Below are positions 50,040 to 60,011 of a stretch of 64,000 bases of DNA, one piece after another. Position numbers and translations under genes: made by a program. The notes under the pieces are model-generated. The model was given only the letters and a program-made list of their open reading frames with translations. It was not told the origin of the DNA and searched no databases. The DNA is from Planctomycetota bacterium. GTDB taxonomy: Bacteria; Planctomycetota; PLA2; JAEUHO01. Positions within the stretch are counted from its first letter, which is position 1; every line of letters begins with the position of its first letter. The stretch is from the NCBI GenBank assembly GCA_050248855.1, contig JBFWRP010000007.1:32001-96000 (forward strand). The letters run 5' to 3'.

Positions 50040-50438
50040 CTACCGCGTCCGCGTGTCGCCGCCGGTAGCCACCGCCAGGGCCGCCGCCAACGCGGCCGGC
50101 GCCCAGGGGTGGGGTACGACGGCGCCCACGCCGGAGCGCAGCGCCTCGAACCAGAGGGCCCGGCGCTCGTCGCGCAGGAGCAGGACCAGGCGCCTGCCGA
50201 CCCACGGTCCGACCCGCTGCCAGGTCGGCTCGCCGTCGACCCCCAGCCCGCTGTCGAGCAGGCTGGCCGCGAAGGCCTCCCGCTCGTCCCGGAGCCAGGC
50301 GATGGCTTGGTCTGCGTCCGCGGCGAAGCGCGGCCGGAACCCCGATCCCCTCACCCACCCCTCGAGGTCGTCACGGACTTTGGGGTCCGCTTGGACGTCG
50401 GGGCCCACGGCCACGAGGACGGCAGGCGGGGGGAGCAT
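50040..50438 (-). CDS. hypothetical protein, degenerate receiver-like fold
   Basis: AVLVAVG..DQAIAWL..LLD..EALRSGV..PHPW pattern; start uncertain. Confidence 0.45.
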   Translation of the reverse strand: MLPPPAVLVAVGPDVQADPKVRDDLEGWVRGSGFRPRFAADADQAIAWLRDEREAFAASLLDSGLGVDGEPTWQRVGPWVGRRLVLLLRDERRALWFEALRSGVGAVVPHPWAPAALAAALAVATGGDTRTR

Positions 50439-50621
50439 GGGGGCCCCCTGGGCAAGCCGGATGCCGCCCGTCCGCCCAGGCTGCCCTTCACGCACAAGTC
50501 GATACAGGAAAACGACTTGCGCGATCAAGACCGGGGCTGTGGCCCCCCGTGCGCACGCCAGGACCTGACAGGCTGGCAGGGGTTCGGGCGCCCCTGACTG
50601 ACAAGCTGGCGCTGGAGCTCG

Positions 50622-50963
50622 CTACGGCGCCGCGAAGCTCTCGAGGGCCTCGCTCTCCGACGGGAAGTGGCGGAACGCGTGGACGAGGCCCGTGATGTTG
50701 AACAGCCGCTCGACGAAGTCGTGGAGGCCGAACAGGCGCAGGTCGCCGCCGGCCTCGCGGAAGTTCTTGAGCGCCCAGACGAAGGTGCCCAGCACGTTGC
50801 TGTCCATGAAGCTGACCTTGCGCATGTCGGCAGCGATGCGCACGTCCTCGTCCTGGCGCATGCGCACGAAGAGGCGCTTGAGCTCGGCGTCGGCCGCTCC
50901 GCTCAGGTCGCCCTCGAAGCGCAGCAGGCAGACCCCGGGGCGTTGCTCGAGCTCGTAGTCCAT
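50622..50963 (-). CDS. STAS-domain anti-sigma factor antagonist
   Basis: FEGDL, DMRKVSFMDSNVLG, VERLFNITGL. Confidence 0.9.
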   Translation of the reverse strand: MDYELEQRPGVCLLRFEGDLSGAADAELKRLFVRMRQDEDVRIAADMRKVSFMDSNVLGTFVWALKNFREAGGDLRLFGLHDFVERLFNITGLVHAFRHFPSESEALESFAAP

Positions 50964-51109
50964 GGACGTCTCCGCCGGTTGGAGTGCGACGAGGTCGCGT
51001 TTCCGCACGCATCCTGCCTCGGGAGGGAACGAACGGCCAGCGTCCGCGCCCCGCCAGCCCCGGACGGATGGCCCCGAGGCCGGCCGCCCCGTCCCCTAGA
51101 ATCCGGGGC

Positions 51110-51778
51110 ATGGACATGGCGGACGTGAGGGACGGTGCGCTGCTCTGCCTCGGGTGCGCCACGCCGCTGCCCACGGGTGCGCATGCCTGCCCGTCGTGCC
51201 TTCGCCCGCAGGACTGGATGGCCAACACGCTGGCCCCGTACGCGCAGTGGTCGCAGGGCTTCCTGCTGGGGAGCGCCGCCACCACGGACCAGCCCCGACT
51301 GATCACGGTGACGGGGCTCATGCTCTTCGCCCTGTCCGAGATCGTGATCCTCTCGTGGGTTGCCCTCGAGGGTGTGGATGACGCCCTCGCGGGCTTCGCG
51401 CACGGCGACATGGCGTGGGCGGTCTTGGTGCTCCTCCTGGGCATGTGGGCGCCCGCCGTGCTTTGGCTGGCTGCGACGTGCTCTGCGGTCGTGCGCTACC
51501 TACGACCCGCCGATGCGGCGCACTCCAAGGGACCAAGCCCTGCCCTGTTGATCCTGGCCCTGGCCGTTCCCGCGGGGCACGTGGTTGCGCGAACCTGGGG
51601 CTGGCTGCCGGGCTCGTCCGCCCTTCACACGAGTCTCTTCTTCGTAGGCTTCGCCGCAGCCGGCTTGGTGCTCGGCGCCTTCTTGGCCCGCTCCCGCACG
51701 GAGCGGGTCTGGACCTCGGAGCTCCCGGACCTCGATGGCCCCGGATCGGGCGTCACGCCCCGAGGCGGCAGGACGTAA
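51110..51778 (+). CDS. membrane protein with N-terminal zinc ribbon
   Basis: CLGC..CPSC then about 4 TM helices. Confidence 0.6.
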   Translation: MDMADVRDGALLCLGCATPLPTGAHACPSCLRPQDWMANTLAPYAQWSQGFLLGSAATTDQPRLITVTGLMLFALSEIVILSWVALEGVDDALAGFAHGDMAWAVLVLLLGMWAPAVLWLAATCSAVVRYLRPADAAHSKGPSPALLILALAVPAGHVVARTWGWLPGSSALHTSLFFVGFAAAGLVLGAFLARSRTERVWTSELPDLDGPGSGVTPRGGRT

Positions 51779-52298
51779 GCACGTCGAAGCCCGCTCGCAC
51801 TTCCAGGTCCGTGCGCACGAGATCGATCGAGACGACGCGCGCCTCGAGGGGCACGAGGGCGCGCGCGCGATCCACGGCGCCGCCGACGCGCGCGATCTCC
51901 ACGCCGTGGCCGACTGTGATGTGCGGGCACCAGGCTCCCGGTCGATAGAGGGGCGAGCAGTCCGCGCCGGCGCGGGCGAACGCGCCCATGGCGATCGCGT
52001 GCACGTCCAGCAGCTGGCGGGTGGTTGCCGGCGCGAGGAAGACCACGCCCCCGTCGCCGCCGAACGTCCCCACGGCGGGAACGTCGAGCGTGAACGGCTG
52101 GACGCCGGCGAACGCCGCCTCGACCTCCGCCGCCAGCCGCTTGGGTGCCGGGTCCTCGCCCAGGGTCAGCGTGAGGTGCGCGGGCACCTTGAGGCCCACG
52201 AGGTCCACGCCCCCACAGGCCCGGTAGAGCATCTGCGTGTGCGTACGCACGCGCTGGGCAAGGGACTCCTCGAACCTGAGCACGATCCCGAACGACAT
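51753..52298 (-). CDS. 2'-5' RNA ligase / 2H phosphoesterase family protein
   Basis: Two HxT motifs: AHLTL and PHITV. Confidence 0.85.
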   Translation of the reverse strand: MSFGIVLRFEESLAQRVRTHTQMLYRACGGVDLVGLKVPAHLTLTLGEDPAPKRLAAEVEAAFAGVQPFTLDVPAVGTFGGDGGVVFLAPATTRQLLDVHAIAMGAFARAGADCSPLYRPGAWCPHITVGHGVEIARVGGAVDRARALVPLEARVVSIDLVRTDLEVRAGFDVLTSCRLGA

Positions 52299-52352
52299 CC
52301 GCGGGAGGATACGCGCGACGGTGCCCGGCTCGCGTTGGCGCCGCAGCGGGCG

Positions 52353-53324
52353 TCAGCGCGACGGCTGGAGCGACGGCGCGACGGGCACCTTGACGGTGGT
52401 GCGGATCTGGACGTGCATCATCTCGGGCAGCATCACGGTCACGGGCGCGAACGACGAGCCGAGCGTGGTCGCGAACAGGTCGATCGGACGGCGCAGCACG
52501 GTGAAGTCGTCGCGGATCTCGGTGGTCAGGTAGCCGCCATCGCCCGGCCGGCTCGCACCGCCCGCGGAGGTTCCCGCGGCCGCGGCGGCGCGCACCTCGC
52601 GCGCACGCTGGACGAGCTTGTCCGCGGCGGCCAGAGCCTCGTCGATGCGCTCGCGCGGCACGCCGGTTTCCTCGGCCAGGGTGCGTAGCGCCTTGCGTGC
52701 TTCCTCGCGCTGGACGGGATCCGCGCTCACGAGCTGCCCCACCAGGCGACGGACCTCGTGCGAACGCGCCGCCAGACGCCGCGCCGTCTCCTGCGCGGCC
52801 GCGGCCTCACGGGCCGCGGCGTCGGCGTTGCGCCATTCCTCGGGCGTGTACCAGCGGTCGCCGTGACGCTCGAGGCCGCGCGCACGCTGGGCCTCGTCCG
52901 GGTGCATCCACTGGCCGCGGAAGCGCACGTGGCCCAGCACCTCGTGGGCCGTGGCGTCCTCGGGGTCGATCGCCAACACGGCGCGCGACAGCTGCTGCGC
53001 CTCGTCGAGACGGCCGACGTCGCGCAGCCATGCGGCGAGCGTCGCACGGCCCGCCGTGTCGTCGGGCTCGAGGCGCCGGAGCGCCTGCTCGATCTGCGCG
53101 TCGAGCGACGGGCCGGCGATGTGCTTGCGGACGTCGACGGCGGGCAGCTCGACGACGCCGAAGCGACTGGCCACGCGCCAGACGTCACCGTCGCGGACGG
53201 CCACGCCCTCGACGATGCGTCCATCGGCCAGCTCGAGAACGTCGGCGCGAGCCTCGGCGGCGACGCACGCCACCAAGGCCACCGCGAGCAAGGCGCCTAC
53301 GCAGCGCACGAGGGCGCTCCTCAC
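52353..53324 (-). CDS. secreted hypothetical protein (paralog 1)
   Basis: Signal peptide, ADVLELADGRIVEG, LGHVRFRGQW, HEAT-like helices, beta-rich C-terminus. Confidence 0.8.
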   Translation of the reverse strand: MRSALVRCVGALLAVALVACVAAEARADVLELADGRIVEGVAVRDGDVWRVASRFGVVELPAVDVRKHIAGPSLDAQIEQALRRLEPDDTAGRATLAAWLRDVGRLDEAQQLSRAVLAIDPEDATAHEVLGHVRFRGQWMHPDEAQRARGLERHGDRWYTPEEWRNADAAAREAAAAQETARRLAARSHEVRRLVGQLVSADPVQREEARKALRTLAEETGVPRERIDEALAAADKLVQRAREVRAAAAAGTSAGGASRPGDGGYLTTEIRDDFTVLRRPIDLFATTLGSSFAPVTVMLPEMMHVQIRTTVKVPVAPSLQPSR

Positions 53325-54268
53325 GGACCGACGACGGGGATCACGCCCGTCGTGCGAACGCGGATGACCTCGAGCTCGGGCAGCTGGAGCGTGACCGGTG
53401 CGCTGGGGAACGGGCCCGAAGCCAGGTTGGTCGTGACCTGCTGGATGGGCCGCTTGAGCTTGGCGAGCGTCACGCGGAAGGTGCTCATGACCTCACCCAT
53501 CATCATGCTGTCGCCGAGCTCCGCCGCGCGGGCCTGGGCTTCGTCCACGGCCTGGACGTACTCGTCCATGCGCGGGATGAGCGCCTCGATGGTCTCGTTG
53601 CCCGACTCCTTGGCCAGACGCTCCAAGCGCGTCCGTGCCCGCTGGCGCACGGCGCGGTCGGGGCTGGTCATGAGGTTCATGAGCCGCTGCGCCTCCCGCG
53701 CGGTGCGCGCGCGCTGCTCGCGCTCCTCCAGGGCCGAAGCCGCGTTGCGCTCTTCGGCGCCGACGTTGGCCCACTCCTCGGGCGTGTACCAACGATCACC
53801 GTGACGCTCGAGCCCCTCGGCGCGTCGGGCTTCGTCGGGGTGCATCCACTGGCCGCGGAAGCGCACGTGGCCCAGCAGCGCGTGGGCGTCGGCCTGCTCG
53901 GGGTCGCAGGCCAGTACCTCTTCGGCCAGGGCGCGGGCCTCCTCGTCGCGCCCGAGACCCTTGAGCCACGCTGCGACGCGCACGCGGTTGGCGAAATCGT
54001 CCGCAGCCAGCTTGGCCAGGACGGCCTTCACCTGGGTGTCGGCCGCAGCGCCCTCGTGACGCGCGACGACGTCGGCAGCCGGGATGCTGCTGACACCGAA
54101 ACGGCTGAGCACGAGCAGCTCGTCGCCGGACTTGACGACGACGCCCTCGACGAGCCGGCCGTCGGAGAGCTCCAGGACGTCGGCGCGGGCCGGGCCGGAC
54201 GTGGCCGCGACGAGTCCGACGAGGCCGAGCGCCAGGGCAAGGGCGCGGCGGAGGCGGAAGGGCGTCAT
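53321..54268 (-). CDS. secreted hypothetical protein (paralog 2)
   Basis: Same architecture; 40-bp identical DNA block (53838-53877 vs 52900-52939); 4-nt overlap with paralog 1. Confidence 0.8.
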   Translation of the reverse strand: MTPFRLRRALALALGLVGLVAATSGPARADVLELSDGRLVEGVVVKSGDELLVLSRFGVSSIPAADVVARHEGAAADTQVKAVLAKLAADDFANRVRVAAWLKGLGRDEEARALAEEVLACDPEQADAHALLGHVRFRGQWMHPDEARRAEGLERHGDRWYTPEEWANVGAEERNAASALEEREQRARTAREAQRLMNLMTSPDRAVRQRARTRLERLAKESGNETIEALIPRMDEYVQAVDEAQARAAELGDSMMMGEVMSTFRVTLAKLKRPIQQVTTNLASGPFPSAPVTLQLPELEVIRVRTTGVIPVVGP

Positions 54269-54347
54269 GGAGGCATCTCCTCGGGCGGGGCACACCTTGC
54301 AACGCCCCGGGCGTCGGCAAGTTGCAGGTTGTAGGACCGAGGCCCCA

Positions 54348-54818
54348 TCATCCGGCGTCGGGTCGCTCGGCGTCGCGGGCGGCCACGAGCTGCCAGCCCC
54401 GGGGGGCCGTCGCGTCGGGCTGCCAGACGAAGTCCACGGCGAGCGCCCCGGCCTCGCCCGCCCCCTGGCCCAGGCCGAACGGGGTGGGCTGGCGAAGCCC
54501 CAGGAAGACCACCGTCGTCCGGGCCCGGCTCGGGTCCACCGCGAGGACGCGCCACTTGGCTCCCTCCACGGTGCGGGCCAGCCGCTCCCAGCCGACTGCG
54601 GCCTGGAAGCCCCGGGCCTCGGGCGCCAGGCGGGACCAGACGTCCGCCACGTCTCCGGCCGCCAGCGCCCGCGCGACGTCCTCCGCGGCGCCGTGGAGCC
54701 TCCCCGCGGGCGTAGCGGGCACGCGCCGGGCCACGAACACGGCCAGCGCCAGGAGCACGCCGAGCGCGACGAGGGGCAGCCAGGTGGCGGCATCGGGGCG
54801 GGGACGGAGCGGCGACAT
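54348..54818 (-). CDS. hypothetical protein with N-terminal TM helix
   Basis: WLPLVALGVLLALAVFVA followed by a short soluble domain. Confidence 0.5.
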   Translation of the reverse strand: MSPLRPRPDAATWLPLVALGVLLALAVFVARRVPATPAGRLHGAAEDVARALAAGDVADVWSRLAPEARGFQAAVGWERLARTVEGAKWRVLAVDPSRARTTVVFLGLRQPTPFGLGQGAGEAGALAVDFVWQPDATAPRGWQLVAARDAERPDAG

Positions 54819-54964
54819 CCCCCCCATCCTGCCCCCAAGCACGCCTTCCCCGCGACCGTGGGCCCATCGCCCCGTCCGTTCCCAACGCAGCCCGGGCCGC
54901 CGACGTACGACAGGGGAGCGGAGCGGGTCCACACGGCGTGTCCGGCTCCTTCTCGGGAGGTCCC

Positions 54965-55990
54965 ATGTCACGTCCTGCGCTGCTCGCGTCCGTTCCCTTC
55001 CTGACCCTGGCGGCACTCGCTGCAGCCTTCGTGGCCGCGCCCGCCCCAGCGCGCGCCGACGAGCCCACGCCCACCGCTCCGTCCACGAGCGAGACCGTCG
55101 AAGAGGAGGCGTTCGTCGTGGAGCACGACGGGCAGCCGCTGCGCGTGCGCGTACGTCGTCTGCTCGGCGGCGAGGGCGTGGAGGTCGAGGCCACGGACGA
55201 GGCGCCGCGCGTGATGAAGGCCGTACGCATCGTGCGGCCGGGAGGCCCGGTCCAGGGTCTGCCGGGCGGTGGCCCGAGGATCCTGGGCGGCGAGCTGGAG
55301 GGCATGACCGACGCCCATCCGCGCATGCGGCGCTTGCGCGAGCTGTTCCTCCGGGGCGGCGCGACGGACGGTGACGACGCTCCCCTGATGCGGCGTGTCG
55401 AGCGCCTCGAGCAGGAGAACCGTCGCATGCGCGGCGAGCTCACGCGGCTGCAGCACCAGATGCAGCGCTTGATGGGCGCGCGCGGCATGGACCGCCCGCA
55501 GGCGCCGTCGCGCGGCAGCGAGGATCGCCTCGAGCGCATCGAGAAGCTGCTCGAGAAGCTCATCGCGCAGAAGGGGGACGCAGCCCGGGATCCCGGCCCG
55601 CGGCTCGGCGTGGGACCCGGCATCCTCCTGCGCACGCCGCACGTCGCCGAGCAGCCGTTGGGCATCGACTTCGAGCACGCCCAGCGCGAGATGCGCGAGC
55701 GCATGGAGCGGGCGCAGAAGGAAGCAGCCGAGCAGCGCGAGCGCATGCAGAAGGAACACGCTGCCCAGCGTGAGCACATGCAGGCGGAGCAGGCCCAGCA
55801 ACGGATGCGCGTCGAGGCACGCATGCGCGAAGTCGAGCGCACGCTCGACCAGCTCGAGATGCGCTTGCGCGAGGCCGACCAGGCACGCCGTGCGGCCCTG
55901 GAAGAGGCCGCCGCGCTCCGCGCCCAGAAGGCCGCACTCGAGGAGGCACTGCGCGCCGCCCAGGAGAAGGCCGCCGCCGGCGCGAAGTAG
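54965..55990 (+). CDS. secreted coiled-coil protein
   Basis: GGAGG SD; signal peptide (ARA-D); long E/R/Q/A heptad-rich C-terminus. Confidence 0.75.
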   Translation: MSRPALLASVPFLTLAALAAAFVAAPAPARADEPTPTAPSTSETVEEEAFVVEHDGQPLRVRVRRLLGGEGVEVEATDEAPRVMKAVRIVRPGGPVQGLPGGGPRILGGELEGMTDAHPRMRRLRELFLRGGATDGDDAPLMRRVERLEQENRRMRGELTRLQHQMQRLMGARGMDRPQAPSRGSEDRLERIEKLLEKLIAQKGDAARDPGPRLGVGPGILLRTPHVAEQPLGIDFEHAQREMRERMERAQKEAAEQRERMQKEHAAQREHMQAEQAQQRMRVEARMREVERTLDQLEMRLREADQARRAALEEAAALRAQKAALEEALRAAQEKAAAGAK

Positions 55991-56104
55991 ACGCCGGGCC
56001 CCGAGGCGAGCGCTCGTCCCCCCGGGGACGGGCCGCGTGCGGAGGCGGGCGGGCTATAAGGGGGTGCCGCCCTGCCGGGGCGGCCCCGCGCCCGGAGCCT
56101 GCCC

Positions 56105-58888
56105 GTGATCCGACGACACCTGCCCCGCGTCCTGCTGGGTGCCGCCGCCCTCGCCCTCCTCGCCGCGGGACTGCTGCGCGGTGCCTCCGTCGACGCCGGC
56201 AACACGTACCGCCTCGAGGGCGCCCCCGACGACATCTACGACGAGATCGCGAAGATCCACGAGCGCAAGGACGTGGAGGCGGCCCTGCCGCTGCTCGAGG
56301 CCGCGGTCGAGTTCTCCGACCCCTACCTCGCCGTCGCCGCGGGCGAAGCGCTGCGCGCCATGGGCGAGGAGGCCCTTGCGACCTCTCTCTTGGCGAACGG
56401 CGACTTCAAGAAGTGGTGGAAGAAGGCGCTGAAGGCCAAGGAGGACCGCGAGCAGATCGCGCTCGCCCACGTGCTCGGCGCCTGGCGACACCCCGAAGTC
56501 GACGAAGGCATGGCCCACCTTGCCAGCGGCCGCCGCTCGGTCGAAGTGCAAGCCGCAAGCCTCTGCCTGGCCGGCTCGCTCCAGCCGGGCAAGGGACGCG
56601 AGTTCCCCGAGACGAAGAGGGCCATCGGCGATGCGCTGCGCAAGGGGCGCAACCAGGAGATCCTCTGTGCGGCGGCGTCGGCCGCCGGTCGCTGGCGCGA
56701 CAAGGACTTCGAGGAGGCCCTGGTCGGCATCGTCAAGGGTGACCGCGACGAGTACCCCGGGCTCTACGCCGTGTGGGCCCTCAAGCAGATCGGCTACGAG
56801 GGCGGCATCTCGTCTTTCGTCTACGTCGCGTCGAAGAGCCCGAAGAAGACGACGCTGCAGGCCAACCTGAAGGCCATCACCGAGCTGGCCACGCTCAGGG
56901 ACGTGGACGAGCTCCTCGGCCTGAGCCGCACCTCCAAGCAGGACTTGCGCGACGCGGCCGTCTTGGCCCTGGCGCGCCTGCCGTGGCGTTCCGTGCGGGG
57001 TCGTCTTCCGGGTCAGGAGCCGCCTTCCGAGGCGGTCGTCACGGGCGAGAAGACCCGGAAGGCGATCATCGAACCGCTGCCCGACCCCAAGCTGGACATC
57101 CCGGACAAGGTCGTGGAGCGCCTGATCCAGATCGTGCGCGAGGACTCCAGCTGGGAAGTCCGTGACGCGGCACGCCAGGGGCTGCTCCGCTTCGGCAAGC
57201 GTGCCGAGGCCAAGGTCGTCGCCGACATGCCCTCCCTCGTGACGGCGAGCAGCGCAGACGTCGCCTACACGGCGATCGAGCTCTGTGGCCGCTTCGGAGC
57301 CAAGGCCGCGTACGACGACCTCCTCAAGATCGCGCTCTACGAACAGAAGGACCGCGCGCTGCGCATGTTCGCGTACCGCGCGCTCGAGGGCATCGACCCC
57401 GACAAGGCGGTGGCGGACTACAAGGAAGCCTTCCGCCCCCGACCCAAGCCCAAGGAGAGCGAAGTCTCCGCCGTGCGCGGCCTCGGCTACATCCGCACGA
57501 AGGCGTCCTTCGACGCCCTGCTCGACCTCGTCACCTCCGTGCAGCCCTACAGCGAGGAGATGCTGCGCGAGGGGGAGCTGGCCCTGGAGCGGCTCACCAG
57601 CCATCGCTTCGGGCGTCTGCGCAGCTCGTGGACGTCGTGGTACGAGCGCGTTGAGGCGCCCTTCTCGCCCCGCATCAAGGAGTTCGACCGGGCGGCCAAT
57701 CGACGGGCGGCCATGGACAAGGGCCTGTTCGGCCTGACCCAGGCCACGGAGCGCGCCGTGGAGGACGGGCTCCGCTGGCTCGCCCGCCAGCAGCATCCGA
57801 TCGGCGTGTGGGACGGCAACGAGAAGGGCTTCGGCGGCGTCGTGAACTGCGAGCCCGCCTACACCGGCCTCTCGCTGCTGGCCTTCCTGGGCGCCGGGTA
57901 CCAGGGCGACCACGGCAAGCACAGCGAGACCATCCGCCGCGCGTCCGAGTTCCTGGCGGCGACGCAGTTCTACGACGGCGGGTTCCCCGTCACGGGAGGC
58001 GGCGACGACAGCTGGATCTACGCGTACCTGATCGGCATGGCCGTCTGGGGGCTCAACGAGGCCTACGGCCTGACGGGCGACGAGGCCTTGGCCGAGCCCG
58101 CGCAATGGGGCATCGACTACCTCGTGCGCGTACAGACGCCGGGCGCCGGCTGGCGCTACGGGCCGCGGTACGTGCAGAGCGACACGTCGTGCACGTCGTG
58201 GGTGCTGATGGCCACGAAGATGGCCGACATGCTGGGTCTGGATGTCGCCCAGAAGAGCTGGGACGGCATCGATGACTGGCTGGAGCGCTGCTCGCTGGAC
58301 ATCACGGGCGAGGTCGAGAAGCCCGAGGACCTCTCCGACGACTACGAGCATGAAGTCGGCATCCAGCGCCAGTTCGAGGCCTTCACCAGCTACTTCGAGC
58401 TGGAAGGCAAGGACACGCGCGGCGCCCAGAAGATCAGCATGACGGCAGTCGGCATGGTCTGCCGCTTCTTCATGGGCTGGAAGCGCAGCCACCCGTTCCA
58501 GATCGGGTCGGCGAACTTCCTGATGAAGTTCACGCCCGAGTGGATGAGCGGCATGACGCAAGACCAGAACGTCGCTTGGTACCACTACTACTGGTACTAC
58601 GGCACTCTCGCGATGCATCAGATGGGTGGCAAGTACTGGCGCGCGTGGAACCAGAAGATCAAGAAGATGTATCCCGAGAAGCAACGCCAGTCGCCCGATG
58701 AGCTACGCGGCTCGTGGGACCCGGATCCCACCGTGCTCAACGGCGGCCGCATCTTCTCGACGGCCATGTCGATCCTGAGCCTGGAGTCCTACTACCGATT
58801 CTCGCCCTTGCTTGGCGAGAAGGGGGCCGAGGACGGAGTCGGCGACGACAAGGACGCCGGCGCACCCGACGGCGGCGGCTCCAAGTAA
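56105..58888 (+). CDS. secreted HEAT-repeat + prenyltransferase/squalene-oxidase repeat protein
   Basis: HEAT repeats, then GLRWLARQQ..G.W, TGLSLLAFLGAG, GWRY, SDTS, YYWYYGTLAM, GSWDP. Confidence 0.88.
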   Translation: MIRRHLPRVLLGAAALALLAAGLLRGASVDAGNTYRLEGAPDDIYDEIAKIHERKDVEAALPLLEAAVEFSDPYLAVAAGEALRAMGEEALATSLLANGDFKKWWKKALKAKEDREQIALAHVLGAWRHPEVDEGMAHLASGRRSVEVQAASLCLAGSLQPGKGREFPETKRAIGDALRKGRNQEILCAAASAAGRWRDKDFEEALVGIVKGDRDEYPGLYAVWALKQIGYEGGISSFVYVASKSPKKTTLQANLKAITELATLRDVDELLGLSRTSKQDLRDAAVLALARLPWRSVRGRLPGQEPPSEAVVTGEKTRKAIIEPLPDPKLDIPDKVVERLIQIVREDSSWEVRDAARQGLLRFGKRAEAKVVADMPSLVTASSADVAYTAIELCGRFGAKAAYDDLLKIALYEQKDRALRMFAYRALEGIDPDKAVADYKEAFRPRPKPKESEVSAVRGLGYIRTKASFDALLDLVTSVQPYSEEMLREGELALERLTSHRFGRLRSSWTSWYERVEAPFSPRIKEFDRAANRRAAMDKGLFGLTQATERAVEDGLRWLARQQHPIGVWDGNEKGFGGVVNCEPAYTGLSLLAFLGAGYQGDHGKHSETIRRASEFLAATQFYDGGFPVTGGGDDSWIYAYLIGMAVWGLNEAYGLTGDEALAEPAQWGIDYLVRVQTPGAGWRYGPRYVQSDTSCTSWVLMATKMADMLGLDVAQKSWDGIDDWLERCSLDITGEVEKPEDLSDDYEHEVGIQRQFEAFTSYFELEGKDTRGAQKISMTAVGMVCRFFMGWKRSHPFQIGSANFLMKFTPEWMSGMTQDQNVAWYHYYWYYGTLAMHQMGGKYWRAWNQKIKKMYPEKQRQSPDELRGSWDPDPTVLNGGRIFSTAMSILSLESYYRFSPLLGEKGAEDGVGDDKDAGAPDGGGSK

Positions 58889-58890
58889 CC

Positions 58891-59996
58891 ACGTACGGTG
58901 CCAGAGCAATTCCTATCACTCACTGCGGCTCCAGGCAGGCGCCGGCGAGTCGGGCCGCGACCCTCGCGTACTCCTCGTCGATGCGGAGCAGGTTGGCGTG
59001 CTGCTCCACTCGACGCCTCGCCATGTTCGGCGAGCTGCCCGTTCTGCGACCGATCTCGGCGTAGGTCTGCCCGGCCAGGTCGCGAAGCAGCCCCATTTCG
59101 AGGACCGGCCATGCATCCGGTATCCGCACGCCCGGAGACTTGTGGGCGAACGCTCCGTAGAGCCCACGCTCACGTGCGACGAGCTTCGCCACCCGGCTGG
59201 CGCTTACGTAGGGTTGGCCGGACTTCGTACCATCTGCCAGGCGGGCCTTGCTCAGCATCCAGGCCAGGACCTTGGGCGGGGCTGCTCCGACCAAGTCGTC
59301 CCAGTCGTCATCGGAGGCTGCGTGGGCCAGCCGCGCCTCCACGATGCGCCGCTCCTCGTCCATGAGCGGCCGCCCGAAGCACCGGGCATAGGCCACCGCA
59401 CGATCCCGAGGGGCCGGACTGCCCATGGTGCGGTCCACATAGTCCGTCGCCAGCCAGCGAGGCCGGCGTTCGCTGGCGTACAGGGCGGCACTGCCCCACG
59501 GGTAGCGATCCGCCGACGAGACAAGGCGAGCGTGGGGTGCGTTCTGGTCGATGTAGCGGACCAAGACGTACAGGTAGCGCGCCGATTCGACGGGCTTGGC
59601 ACGGTAGCGCCCTCGGAAGAGCGGACCGTCACGCTTGCGCGTTCGATTGAAGTAGCGGACGTACCGATTCGTTACGCGTTGCATGACGCAAGCGAGCTCG
59701 CCGGTTTGGCTTCGCACGAGCAAGTGGAAGTGCGTCGTGAGGATGACGAACGCCAAGACCTCGATGCGACGCGCTCGGACCTCCAGCGCCAGCAGGGCCA
59801 GGAAGTAGCGGACGTCACGCCGAGTCTCGAACGTGGTCCGGCGCGCGATGCCCCGGTTCATCACATGGTGCAGCAGTCCGGGTGCATCGAAGCGCCGAGG
59901 GCGAGACATGGCGATCCTCCGGGAGTCGCCTTCGCCTCGCGGAGCCAGCCGGACCGGTCACGCCGAGTGATAGGAATTGCTCTGGCACCGTACGGT
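58891..59996. mobile_element. IS-like element with 30-bp perfect TIRs carrying a RAYT-type transposase, flanked by 9-bp direct repeats
   Basis: TIRs 58892-58921 and 59965-59994; CAAGTAACC at 58882-58890 and 59997-60005. Confidence 0.85.
58920..59909 (-). CDS. REP-associated tyrosine transposase (HUH/Y1) with C-terminal HTH
   Basis: MSRPRRFDAPGLLHHVMNRG, HFH (HUH), FNRTRKRDGPLFRGRY, YIDQN, YPWGS; C-terminal TYAEIGRRTG. Confidence 0.93.
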   Translation of the reverse strand: MSRPRRFDAPGLLHHVMNRGIARRTTFETRRDVRYFLALLALEVRARRIEVLAFVILTTHFHLLVRSQTGELACVMQRVTNRYVRYFNRTRKRDGPLFRGRYRAKPVESARYLYVLVRYIDQNAPHARLVSSADRYPWGSAALYASERRPRWLATDYVDRTMGSPAPRDRAVAYARCFGRPLMDEERRIVEARLAHAASDDDWDDLVGAAPPKVLAWMLSKARLADGTKSGQPYVSASRVAKLVARERGLYGAFAHKSPGVRIPDAWPVLEMGLLRDLAGQTYAEIGRRTGSSPNMARRRVEQHANLLRIDEEYARVAARLAGACLEPQ

Positions 59997-60011
59997 CAAG
60001 TAACCGTACGG

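Noticed and set aside
50440..50621. CIRCE operator upstream of groES
   Set aside because: No convincing TTAGCACTC-N9-GAGTGCTAA match.
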